In this document: piece by piece, positions 25,687 to 34,981 of the stretch
How the letters are laid out: each line of letters starts with the position of its first letter
How positions within the stretch are numbered: the stretch's first letter is position 1
NCBI GenBank assembly: GCA_050293845.1
Contig: JBNKNM010000040.1
Location: 1-35,106, forward strand
Direction of reading: 5' to 3'
DNA: 35,106 bases
Source: Pseudobacteriovorax sp.
GTDB taxonomy: Bacteria > Bdellovibrionota_B > Oligoflexia > Oligoflexales > Oligoflexaceae
Notes under the pieces: model-generated
What the model saw: only the letters and a program-made list of their open reading frames with translations
Told to the model about the DNA's origin: nothing
Database searches by the model: none
Translations under genes and position numbers: made by a program

Positions 25687-27718
25687 TACAATAATATATT
25701 ATATTTTTACACTGACTGTATTTTTTTATTCAGGGCAAAAAGCTTTCACTATGGATATGGAAGTTTATAGAAATGGACTTAATAGTAATTGGAAGCATTA
25801 TGGCTGGGCACCTCATGACTATGAAGATGGTGGAGATGCTAAAGTAAATTTTGCCAATTGGGGAGGATGGATTATTGCTTATCCCAGAAGTCGATTAAAG
25901 GGAAGTTTTCTATCCTTTCGTTTTAAAACGGATCAAGATGGAGATTTCTTAAATATTTCTCTTGGATCATCTCAGGGGGATGAGTTTGAAGAAGTTAAAA
26001 TTACAAAAAAATATAAAAGTATGAGAGATGGTTGGGTTCATGTATTCATTCCTATGAATATTCTAAATCCCGATAATCTAGCATTTGATCGTTTAAAATT
26101 TAGAGCCAACAGAAAATTGGGACGCACTTGGGTAAGGTTTAATGACATATATATAAAAGACATAGGAAAGGCCGAAGAAAAGAAGGTATTGGCCTCAGAA
26201 ACTCAAATTTTAAAAGAATCATTAATGTGTAATTCTTCAAATAAACCGATTAGTCCATACATATTTGGAATAGCATATAGTCCACGTAAGGCTTATCAAG
26301 ATAAATTTGTTTATGAGCTTAACCCATCCATAAGGCGATGGGGAGGTAATCCATCCTCGCGGTATAACTGGAAATTAGGTAATGCTTGGAATACTGCTGA
26401 TGATTGGTATTATCGCAATGTTAACTATACATCAAACCCCAATTACAGTTGGAAAGAGTTTTTAGAAGAGAACAAAAATATAGGAAGTGTAGCAGCAATC
26501 ACTATTCCTTTGTTGGGATGGGTTGCTAAGGATACTAGTTCGTATTCTTTTCCTGTTAGTATTTATGGTCAACAACAGAGAACAGCGCCAGAGAACAGTG
26601 ACATAGGAAATGGATTGGACCGCAGCGGAAAGAAAATCAAGAATAACTCTCCAGAAAGAACAAGTATCAAAGTAGGCCCTGATTTTTGGAAAGAATGGAT
26701 CGGAAGTATTAAAAAATTAGAGTCCCAAAAAAAATTAGTGGATACATATTTTTTGGGAAATGAACCGATGCTTTGGAATTCAACTCATCGTGATGTACAT
26801 CCAAAACCTACGACATATGATGAAATATATCTTAAAACCATAGAGTATAGCAAAATGATTCGAAAATCCGATCCTGATGCTCTTATAGCTGGTCCGACAC
26901 TATGGGGATGGACAGCCTATCAATATTCCAGTGCAGATGGTGAGTTTGGATATTGGAAGCGACCTGATAGAAAAAAACATGGCGATATTCCATTCTTAGA
27001 GTGGTATCTAGCTGAACTTTATAAGTACCAAAAGAAAACAGGTCACAAAAGTTTAGATATACTTGATCTTCATTTTTATCCGGAAGCTAAAAATGTATAT
27101 GGAGATCGGGATAGCAAAAGAATAGCAGCTAGAAGACTGCGGGCCGTACGATCTTTGTGGGATAAAAATCATATAGACGAATCTTGGATAAACGAAGCTA
27201 TCTATTTGTTACCAAGAATGCAAGAATTAATCGCTAATAATTATCCTGGCTTAAAAGTGACCATTGGCGAGTACAATTTTGGCGGTGAATCATATATGAG
27301 CGGTGCATTGGCGTTAGCAGAAATACTTGGCATTTTTGCATCATTTGACGTATATTCAGCATTTTATTGGACTTATCCAAAACATAAAAGTCCTGCATTC
27401 AATGCCTTTAAAGCCTATAGAAACTATGATAATAAAAAATCAAAATTCTTAGACTATCTTATGGGCTATAAAATTGAAGAAGAGTATTCGTATTTTGTTT
27501 CAAAAAATAAAAGTCAAAATAAAATAGTTATGGTTTTCATCAACAAAACGCGTGCAAAGAATTTTCAAAGTACAATAAATTTTGAGAATTGTTCTTCTGT
27601 AAAATCTACTAGGCGCTTTGAACTTTCAGGTAAAGGTGAATTTCTTTTAAAATTACCTGAGAATTCAAAATTGGTCTTTAAACCTTGGTCGTTATCAGTC
27701 ATTGAATGGAATCTATAA
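25667..27718 (+). CDS. Glycoside hydrolase family 44 with N-terminal carbohydrate-binding-like domain (EpsB-like)
   Basis: RRWGGN..SRYNW, NEP.LW..THRDVHP, D.LDLHFYP, SLWD...DESWI and GEYNFGG; signal peptide; ATG 25667 after GGAG. Confidence 0.88.
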   Translation: MNFWNHNTIIYYIFTLTVFFYSGQKAFTMDMEVYRNGLNSNWKHYGWAPHDYEDGGDAKVNFANWGGWIIAYPRSRLKGSFLSFRFKTDQDGDFLNISLGSSQGDEFEEVKITKKYKSMRDGWVHVFIPMNILNPDNLAFDRLKFRANRKLGRTWVRFNDIYIKDIGKAEEKKVLASETQILKESLMCNSSNKPISPYIFGIAYSPRKAYQDKFVYELNPSIRRWGGNPSSRYNWKLGNAWNTADDWYYRNVNYTSNPNYSWKEFLEENKNIGSVAAITIPLLGWVAKDTSSYSFPVSIYGQQQRTAPENSDIGNGLDRSGKKIKNNSPERTSIKVGPDFWKEWIGSIKKLESQKKLVDTYFLGNEPMLWNSTHRDVHPKPTTYDEIYLKTIEYSKMIRKSDPDALIAGPTLWGWTAYQYSSADGEFGYWKRPDRKKHGDIPFLEWYLAELYKYQKKTGHKSLDILDLHFYPEAKNVYGDRDSKRIAARRLRAVRSLWDKNHIDESWINEAIYLLPRMQELIANNYPGLKVTIGEYNFGGESYMSGALALAEILGIFASFDVYSAFYWTYPKHKSPAFNAFKAYRNYDNKKSKFLDYLMGYKIEEEYSYFVSKNKSQNKIVMVFINKTRAKNFQSTINFENCSSVKSTRRFELSGKGEFLLKLPENSKLVFKPWSLSVIEWNL

Positions 27719-27745
27719 CAATTTAGAAATAGAAAGTTGTGCACA

Positions 27746-28717
27746 ATGGCAAATTTATTTTCACATCCAAAATACTTAGAAATAGTGGCAAGTAGTCTTT
27801 TTCCTGACAAAAACTATTCCTTGGTTACTTTTAGTTGTCAAAATAAAAATTTTGCATCATTTACTGTAAAAGGAAAGAAGCCTGAAATCATATGGCCTTT
27901 TATGGATTTTTTTGAACCTTTAGAAAATAAAGTGGAAAACAAAGTTCCCCAAGTATCATCTGTCCCACGTGTTATGATAGCTGATATTTCAACACAAGAA
28001 TGGAAAGAACACTATTCTGAAAAAAATGATTGTATGGCTGCGCCTTACATTCAATGGGCAAATATTTCAGATTTTGATAGTTTTAAAAAAATCTGTAAAG
28101 AAAATGATAACCGGGCTTTTAGTAAGAGAACTAATGCTAAAATAAAAAAAATATCTAATCAAATTGGAGAGTATAGATACATTCATCAAGTAGAGAATGA
28201 AAAGGCTAAGACTTATCTAAAAATACTTATGGATTGGAAATCGGCGCAGTATCGACGCTCAGGTTATCAAGATATGTTTGCTTTAATGAAGTATCGCGAT
28301 ATATTTTTTAATCTTCTGGATGCAAATTTACTGCTAGTTTCAGCCCTTGAAGCCGGTGATAAAGTCTTGGCAATTCACGCAGGATACTTATTCGAAGGAC
28401 GTTTGTATTATTTGCTACCTGCTTACGATGTGCAATATACAAAATACTCAATTGGTACTTTGTTAATGGAAGAAATGATGTCTACAAGTTATGCAAGAGG
28501 GGATAAAGAATTTGACTTTCTCTTGGGAGATGAAGACTATAAATTTAGCTATGCAAATAGAGTTAGAGTTATAAATAAAGTTGGGGTAGATTTTTGGATG
28601 GATAAGGTTTGGTTGCCCATTAGACGCAGCTTAATCACTTACATCCGAAAGGTAGAAATCGTATACTTACCTCTAAAGAAAGTTAAGAGAATCTTTAAAG
28701 AAAAGGGGTGGTTATAG
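27746..28717 (+). CDS. GNAT family protein, CelD/BcsL (acetyltransferase_6) type
   Basis: L.AGD...A.H.G, PAYD...KYS.G and FDFL.GDE.YK. Confidence 0.85.
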   Translation: MANLFSHPKYLEIVASSLFPDKNYSLVTFSCQNKNFASFTVKGKKPEIIWPFMDFFEPLENKVENKVPQVSSVPRVMIADISTQEWKEHYSEKNDCMAAPYIQWANISDFDSFKKICKENDNRAFSKRTNAKIKKISNQIGEYRYIHQVENEKAKTYLKILMDWKSAQYRRSGYQDMFALMKYRDIFFNLLDANLLLVSALEAGDKVLAIHAGYLFEGRLYYLLPAYDVQYTKYSIGTLLMEEMMSTSYARGDKEFDFLLGDEDYKFSYANRVRVINKVGVDFWMDKVWLPIRRSLITYIRKVEIVYLPLKKVKRIFKEKGWL

Positions 28718-28719
28718 AT

Positions 28720-30351
28720 ATGGATGGTCTTGAACTAAGTATTGTTGTTCCAACCTATAATCGTGCAAATAGCTTGGAAACTATATACAAATCATTGGTG
28801 AACCAGAAGCTTGATAGAAGTATATTTGAAATAATTTTTATAAATGATGGTTCTTCTGATGAAACCTTAGAAAAGCTCGAAGAATTAGGACAAAAATATA
28901 ATAAAAATAAAGAAATTATTATCAGAGTTTTAACTCAGGATAATCAAGGGCAAGCTGTAGCTAGACATCATGGAGTTCAAGCATCATTTGGAAGAGTGCT
29001 GATTTTTTTAGATGATGATATGGAGCTTCAAAATGATAATTTTCTGCAAGCGCATTTTGATTGTCATCAGCAGGAATCGCTAGCTGTAGTTTATGGAGCT
29101 ATTCTACCTCCTAAAAATAATCCAAAAAGACCTGCTTTCGAATATTTTTATGAAAAATCAATTTCATCCATGTATCAAGCTTTTTTATTCGGTCTTGTTA
29201 AACCAGATGGTCAACATTTTTTTAGTGCTAATGTGTCGATGTCCAAACAAATATATAATGATGCAGGCGGTTTTGATTCAAATTATCGGCATGCCGAGGA
29301 TCGGGAATTTGGTTTACGAATCATGAATAAAACAACTGCTAATTTCGTTTTTTGCCCTAAAGCAGCAGCATATCATAATTCTACTACAGGTAGATTTTCA
29401 AGTTTCATTAATCGTGCTCGCTTATATGGTGTTTATGACTATAAAATGTCAATGCTATACCCAGAAAATGTAAATTTAAGCCCCTTTTATTTCGTTGTTG
29501 CTCAAAATATATTTAAATCAATTTTAATAAAAATGGCTGAAAATTCAGCGATTATTACTAGGTTAGCTACAAAAATTCTAGCATTTTATGCAAAACTATT
29601 TAATTTGTTAAGGCTAAGGAAATTTAGTGTATTATGTTGCAGCTCTATTTATATTATTAACTATGTAGGTGGGCTTAAGGAACTATTTAATGAACTGCAA
29701 GGTAAGTCTGATACTAAAGAAATACAGGATAAAACATATCAAGATGCTAAAAATCGCTATATAGTAATGATTTCTAAAAAAACGGGATATTCATTCTGGA
29801 ATGATATCAAAAAGGATGTAGAGATAATTTTAAACTATGAGGATAAACCAGTAACTTTTGCTAATATTGTTTGGTTACTATTTGGTAGTGATGGATTTCC
29901 TATTCTTTTAACTTATCGTATTCGAAAACTAGCCAAAAAGTATCATATTCCATTAGTAAATAGAATATTAAGATTCTTGCAAACAACATTATACTCAGTG
30001 GAGTTAGGCATTGATATTGAGTTGGAACATGGTGTTTACTTTGTTCATTCATTGGGTACAGTCATTGGTGGTTATTCTACTGTTGGCAAAGGCTCTATAC
30101 TAATGGGTAATAATACAGTCGGTGCAGCCCATCGTACAGGATCTCCTAATATTAAGGAGAATACTCTAATTGGTGCAGGAGCTCGCATTCTTGGGAGCAT
30201 TACAGTAGGAGAACATTCAGTGATAGGCGCAAACTCTGTTGTATTAACAGACATTCCTGCCTATTCTGTTGCAGTGGGATCACCAGCAAAGGTTGTAAAA
30301 TCAAAAATTACTAAGGAAAAAACTGAGGCTAATAGTATGCAGAGTGCGTAG
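28720..30351 (+). CDS. GT2 glycosyltransferase fused to a serine-O-acetyltransferase-like (LbH) domain
   Basis: N-terminal VVPTYNR, NDGS.D, FLDDD, GGFD and EDRE; C-terminal hexapeptide repeats with FVHSLGTVIG, IGAGARILG, IGANSVV and VG.PAK; single continuous ORF. Confidence 0.88.
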   Translation: MDGLELSIVVPTYNRANSLETIYKSLVNQKLDRSIFEIIFINDGSSDETLEKLEELGQKYNKNKEIIIRVLTQDNQGQAVARHHGVQASFGRVLIFLDDDMELQNDNFLQAHFDCHQQESLAVVYGAILPPKNNPKRPAFEYFYEKSISSMYQAFLFGLVKPDGQHFFSANVSMSKQIYNDAGGFDSNYRHAEDREFGLRIMNKTTANFVFCPKAAAYHNSTTGRFSSFINRARLYGVYDYKMSMLYPENVNLSPFYFVVAQNIFKSILIKMAENSAIITRLATKILAFYAKLFNLLRLRKFSVLCCSSIYIINYVGGLKELFNELQGKSDTKEIQDKTYQDAKNRYIVMISKKTGYSFWNDIKKDVEIILNYEDKPVTFANIVWLLFGSDGFPILLTYRIRKLAKKYHIPLVNRILRFLQTTLYSVELGIDIELEHGVYFVHSLGTVIGGYSTVGKGSILMGNNTVGAAHRTGSPNIKENTLIGAGARILGSITVGEHSVIGANSVVLTDIPAYSVAVGSPAKVVKSKITKEKTEANSMQSA

Positions 30352-30362
30352 TTATATTTGAA

Positions 30363-31637
30363 TTATCGTTCTAAGAAAAAATGTGTGAATGTTGCACGAG
30401 GATGTCTTATATAGCTGTATATTGCTTGAACGATGCTATATAAAAAGGGTTTAATATCACCTTTATGGTACATAGCATCAACACATATTCCTTTTTCACG
30501 CTTCCATTTTATCCAACTTATGAACTCCTTGGTATTCATATTATGGCTAATCCAAGAGCAGAAAATTGTAAGGTAAAATAACCAACCAAGGCAGTATTTA
30601 TATTTCTTATTTTGCTCCCAATCATGATAGTTTTGGACCATATTAGAAAATGTGACTGTGTCATAAATCGCTTTACTGTATAGCAAGACAGGTAAATTGA
30701 GCTGACGCCGTACTTCAAATTCCATTTGACTGTAATAGCGAGGATTAAAATCAATAAGCAGATAGTGATCTTTATACTTTATAAACTCTACTTCAAATGC
30801 ACCGAAGTAACCTATATCTAAGCATAATTGTCGGCACTGTTCGATGATTTTATAAGGAGCAGTAGTGCTTTCAAAGCATAGTCCAATACCGATTTTACGA
30901 GGTTTTTGCATTACTTTGGTGCTGGCTCGAGTCATGAAGTTTTTTCCTTCAGCATCAATAAAACCAGCAATGCTTAAAGTATTGGACATAGCTTCTGGAT
31001 GAAATTCTTGAATAATAGGCCAAGAAACTAAGGGATCGTATTCTTTAATGAATGTTTTATACGAGTTACCGTTTTGCATAGCAATATATTTCTCTATTAA
31101 ATCAGAAGCTTTATAGGCTACCATCCCTTTTTTTAAGGTGATTGATCCAATTTGTGTTTGTGGTTTAATAAGACAAGGATATTGACACCTTTGAGCATAG
31201 TTATAAAGCTCTTCAAGTGAGTTGGGGAAGTAGCTTTTTGGAACATCAATGGAGAGTTTATTACAAATGGTAATCAAATGTTTTTTATTTAATATTCTAT
31301 ATATGATATCGCTATGAGGACTATACATAAGGAAGTATTTATTTAATTTTTTTAGATTGAAGGAGTATAAGAAAGCAGTATTATCACAACTCGGATATAG
31401 AAACATTCTAGGGTTTATGCGACCATATGAAATTAACCAACTTAAAAATTTTTTGCTATCTGTTAAGGGAGGACAGTATTCAAACCTGTGAAGAAAAGTT
31501 GAGAATTTGGAAGGTGACCAAACTGAGTCAGCTAGTACAGTCTCTATTCCTCTTTTCCCTAGTTCCCTAATAGTTGTAAGTGTACCAATATAGTTACCTG
31601 TTGTTATAATTACTTTATGTTTTGATTCTCTGTTCAA
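30363..31637 (-). CDS. ATP-grasp ligase (D-aspartate-ligase-like)
   Basis: IR.LG.RGI, YP.LIKP, IQEF.P and FEVEF...LIDFNPR; TTG start after GAGG. Confidence 0.85.
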   Translation of the reverse strand: MNRESKHKVIITTGNYIGTLTTIRELGKRGIETVLADSVWSPSKFSTFLHRFEYCPPLTDSKKFLSWLISYGRINPRMFLYPSCDNTAFLYSFNLKKLNKYFLMYSPHSDIIYRILNKKHLITICNKLSIDVPKSYFPNSLEELYNYAQRCQYPCLIKPQTQIGSITLKKGMVAYKASDLIEKYIAMQNGNSYKTFIKEYDPLVSWPIIQEFHPEAMSNTLSIAGFIDAEGKNFMTRASTKVMQKPRKIGIGLCFESTTAPYKIIEQCRQLCLDIGYFGAFEVEFIKYKDHYLLIDFNPRYYSQMEFEVRRQLNLPVLLYSKAIYDTVTFSNMVQNYHDWEQNKKYKYCLGWLFYLTIFCSWISHNMNTKEFISWIKWKREKGICVDAMYHKGDIKPFLYSIVQAIYSYIRHPRATFTHFFLER

Positions 31638-31664
31638 TATACTATTTGTCTCTTGAGGTTTGTA

Positions 31665-32909
31665 TTAAAAAGCCAAAAAAACGCCTAGTGTAATGATGTG
31701 TCTCTGAATTTTTTGCCTTGTTTCTATCAGCAAGCTTTTTGAATAGTTATAGCCCACTCGCATTTGATGTGGCGGAATTTCTCCTGGAACAGGTTCTTGA
31801 AGATTTAGGATATAGTTTATATATCCATTACTATCTTCACTATCACCACTTACTAAGCCAGAATCAGTTCTCTTGCTATATTGAACTCCTGACACTATAG
31901 AACTATATGTACTGATGGTATTATTCATATTTATTGTGCTTGTATTAGTAAGAGACAACGATGCTCCTTCTTCAACAGAAGTGACACTGCGACTCCACGA
32001 AATGGAAAGGCTATTACTGAGAGATTCTGCGAATATTTGATCAATTAGTTTGTCACTAGATAAATTTATTGGTTCGATTTCATTAGAACTTTCCTGTTGA
32101 GACGTCCAATCTTCAAGTACTCTGTTATTGTAAAAAAGATAAAGATAAGTGGCACCTCCAGTAATATCGTCAGATTTCTGGGCGCTCTGATTCGTTCTTA
32201 CAGTACCGACATTTAATGTTAGAGCATGGCGTTCCTGAATAAGGTAGTTCCAGCTTGCTAGTATGCTGGTAAAATTTGATTTATTACCACTTTCTGAAAG
32301 TTGCTGGCTATATTGACTCTGTAAACCTAAGGTAGATCTATAGCTTGCAACTTGGGTTAACGACACTATTATATTATGGGTTACATAGTCTTGCTCAAAT
32401 GAATTATATTGTTCGCGAGAAAGCGAGCTAGATATCTGATTTAAACTAGATAAGGTATATTGAAAGTCAATGCCTGCACGAAAATAGCGTGAACTGATAT
32501 CGTTAGGGTTTTCGATAAATGTTTGATCTTGCGTCGTCAATGAAGTTGAAAAATCTTGTCCCTTTCCCCAGTTACCTATAAGAGAACCCTGTAAGTTGCT
32601 ACGCTGATATTCCTTAATAAATGCAATATTTCCAGTCGCGTTCATAAAATGTCTATCATCATCTAGGGATTTCCCGCCCGCGATACCGATTCCTTCAGTT
32701 AGCACTAATTGCTTACTCACTTGACTGAATCTCAAATCTGTTTGCAATTTTGCAATACTTAATTTCTCTTTAGTATTAAGTTCATCGGGAATATAGGACT
32801 CTGTTTCGACACCAAGTAATTGAAAATCAATAGTGGTTGGGTTTACTATTGATTGACTAAAAATACAGGTTGCATAGAGTAGATATGGAACTAAAATTAG
32901 TCTAAACAA
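31665..32909 (-). CDS. Probable outer-membrane beta-barrel protein of the EPS export system
   Basis: Signal peptide; Ser/Thr/Tyr-rich alternating beta-strand pattern; C-terminal ...ITLGVFLAF beta-signal ending in Phe; located in the EPS locus. Confidence 0.7.
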   Translation of the reverse strand: MFRLILVPYLLYATCIFSQSIVNPTTIDFQLLGVETESYIPDELNTKEKLSIAKLQTDLRFSQVSKQLVLTEGIGIAGGKSLDDDRHFMNATGNIAFIKEYQRSNLQGSLIGNWGKGQDFSTSLTTQDQTFIENPNDISSRYFRAGIDFQYTLSSLNQISSSLSREQYNSFEQDYVTHNIIVSLTQVASYRSTLGLQSQYSQQLSESGNKSNFTSILASWNYLIQERHALTLNVGTVRTNQSAQKSDDITGGATYLYLFYNNRVLEDWTSQQESSNEIEPINLSSDKLIDQIFAESLSNSLSISWSRSVTSVEEGASLSLTNTSTINMNNTISTYSSIVSGVQYSKRTDSGLVSGDSEDSNGYINYILNLQEPVPGEIPPHQMRVGYNYSKSLLIETRQKIQRHIITLGVFLAF

Positions 32910-32949
32910 TTTTATTCTCTAATTTAGATACAATAATATCTTAGACCTA

Positions 32950-32976
32950 CTTTCGGTACTTGCAGTAGTAAACTGA
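32950..32976 (-). promoter_or_regulatory. Sigma28/FliA-type promoter candidate
   Basis: TCAG-N15-ACCGAAAG, 40 nt upstream of the barrel gene. Confidence 0.5.
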
Positions 32977-33618
32977 AAGGTAAAGTTTAGAGCCAGTATG
33001 CAACTTTAGGGTGATCTATCTCAGATTATTTAAGAAATCTAACCAAATTTTGAGAATCTAAAGCAATCCTTTGAAGTTTGTTAAAATGATATAGAAAATA
33101 TCTAAATATCACTATTTTTTCTCGCTGATTTATTAGAAGTTTTTTAAACCGATGATGGTTTGTGTGTTCGCAATGACATGCTTAGCTGCCATATTTAGAT
33201 TGTACAGCGCTTTCATATTGTTTAACGGTGGTTTTGTTCCTTTAGAATAGGAAGATCAGGATAAAACCGTATTCATGTGTATTCATGAAGAATCTTTTTT
33301 CAAAATCCCACATAGAAACCAAGCCCAATATTAATGCAGTTGTGGAGAATTGTACACATCAGTTTAAAAAGTTATCTGGCTTGTCCGAACCACCACTATC
33401 AGAAGTAGATCAGATTCAACCAGTGAAATTTTAGTGTGAAAGCTATCATCGAAATCATAACACCATGTTATTACATCCATATATATTAAAACAGCATTCT
33501 TATTATTCTTAGTCTCGCAATATTTGCCTATCGAATAAGATCTTTTTGAGGTCTCATTTCCTTGGCCAGTATCCTGCAATGTTCAGTCGTGAAAAAATTA
33601 ACTCTATTAGGTATCAAC

Positions 33619-34242
33619 ATGAAAACAACATATTTTGCTCTCATCCTTCTGACTATTCTAATTCAATCTTGCTTAAGCACCGCCAGTCACGAAGGCGGTA
33701 AGATGTTGAACCCCGGAGCAATGAAGGTTTCTGCCTTTGCCACAGGTCAAGGTGTATCCTTTGGTTATGTCAACGACGATGGTTATAAAGTCTATGACGA
33801 AATCGAAACTGTACTCGGTTTAGGCATAAACTATGGCTTTAATGAAAACTTTGAACTTGGAGCTAGAACTGGAGCTAATGCTTCATCATTAGTCTATGGA
33901 AAATTTCGAGGAATACATGGCGGTAGTTTTCATCAAGCGTTTACCTTTGGAATTGGATTCTTTAACGATGAGGAAGACTCGGAATCTACTCACTTTACCC
34001 AGCTTTATACAGGTTTACCGTTAACTCTAGAGCTAAGTCCCTATATCCGTATCAATGCCCATCCTCAGTACAATATGCTGTTTAACCTAGGTGAGGATTT
34101 TTATAGAAGCATGTACGGATCATCTTTTGGTTTATCAATCGGCAAAGAGTGGGGCGTTAGCTTTGAAACAAGTTATATGAAAATTGACAGTGAAGATGCC
34201 GCATTCCGAAGTGCCTCTCTTGGATTTTTCATCAATAGTTAG
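33619..34242 (+). CDS. Hypothetical lipoprotein / small outer-membrane beta-barrel-like protein
   Basis: MKTT...IQSC lipobox-like; Gly/aromatic alternating strands (LGINYGF, ELGAR, GVSFETSY, SLGFF). Confidence 0.75.
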   Translation: MKTTYFALILLTILIQSCLSTASHEGGKMLNPGAMKVSAFATGQGVSFGYVNDDGYKVYDEIETVLGLGINYGFNENFELGARTGANASSLVYGKFRGIHGGSFHQAFTFGIGFFNDEEDSESTHFTQLYTGLPLTLELSPYIRINAHPQYNMLFNLGEDFYRSMYGSSFGLSIGKEWGVSFETSYMKIDSEDAAFRSASLGFFINS

Positions 34243-34319
34243 TGATTAAGTAAAGTACCCGCAATTGTTTCTGTGCGAGCAATGGATCTGCGGGTGGTGG
34301 GCCTCCCGGCGCTTCTCCA

Positions 34320-34346
34320 ATACAGTCTCACCTGAAGAGACTGTAT
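34320..34346. terminator. 10-bp perfect hairpin between convergent genes
   Basis: ATACAGTCTC-ACCTGAA-GAGACTGTAT. Confidence 0.45.
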
Positions 34347-34576
34347 ATGTCACATTAGCCATTTGAACTTTCAATAAAACAGAGCTCCTGAGTCCAACTA
34401 GGAAACAGCCAGTGTATTTAGTAAAAAACGCCTTTGTTAGTATCTTTAGTCGTTGCAGATACACCTCGGATAGTAAACCGAATGGAATTAAGTTGAAATC
34501 AGATAACCATTTTATCGAACGTTCAATGTTTTGAAAGTTATTTGATATTTTCGGTGAATGCCGCAATTGTAAGTTC

Positions 34577-34981
34577 TCATGGTGAAAATTCTAATTTTAC
34601 ATGTGATTTTTCAGGCTCGAAATTACACCTGCTATCTATACAAGAAGTAGTTCCTGTTCCGCAGGGAGGTACCTTTGCTCTTTCTGTGCAGGCGACATTT
34701 TTTTTAAATAGACCGACAAATTCCTCATACTTTGCCTTCATTACAGCTGTTTCGATGCCCCCGTTTGCACAATCGCAAGCCCCGTTGTTAGCGTAAGTGC
34801 AATCATTTGCATTGCTACAGCCTGATTGATAGCTCAACAACCTGTCGCTATCGATAGGTTTGTCATACAATTCCTTATCATCAGTTTCAGCATTAACCAT
34901 TGCATTATCGGACTTATTTAAGCAAGATACCGGTGAAAGAACCAGAGTAAAGATAAGAATATAATAGATTCGTAATGCCAT
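34577..34981 (-). CDS. Small Cys-rich lipoprotein
   Basis: Lipobox-like PVSC; 8 further Cys (CSNANDC, CDC, C...C, CIDSRC); RBS AAGGA. Confidence 0.75.
   Translation of the reverse strand: MALRIYYILIFTLVLSPVSCLNKSDNAMVNAETDDKELYDKPIDSDRLLSYQSGCSNANDCTYANNGACDCANGGIETAVMKAKYEEFVGLFKKNVACTERAKVPPCGTGTTSCIDSRCNFEPEKSHVKLEFSP

Noticed and set aside
11456..31900. Short antisense ORFs inside EPS genes (e.g. 15289-15714, 16029-16418, 18679-19122)
   Set aside because: Opposite-strand shadows of real CDSs.
33120..33579. Possible gene remnant (49-codon plus frame MKNLFSK..., ORF 33364-33579)
   Set aside because: No recognisable motif; cannot be supported from sequence alone.
34246..34796. ORFs 34246-34566 (-) and 34542-34796 (+)
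   Set aside because: Non-ATG starts, no RBS and atypical composition; the second is antisense to the Cys-rich lipoprotein.
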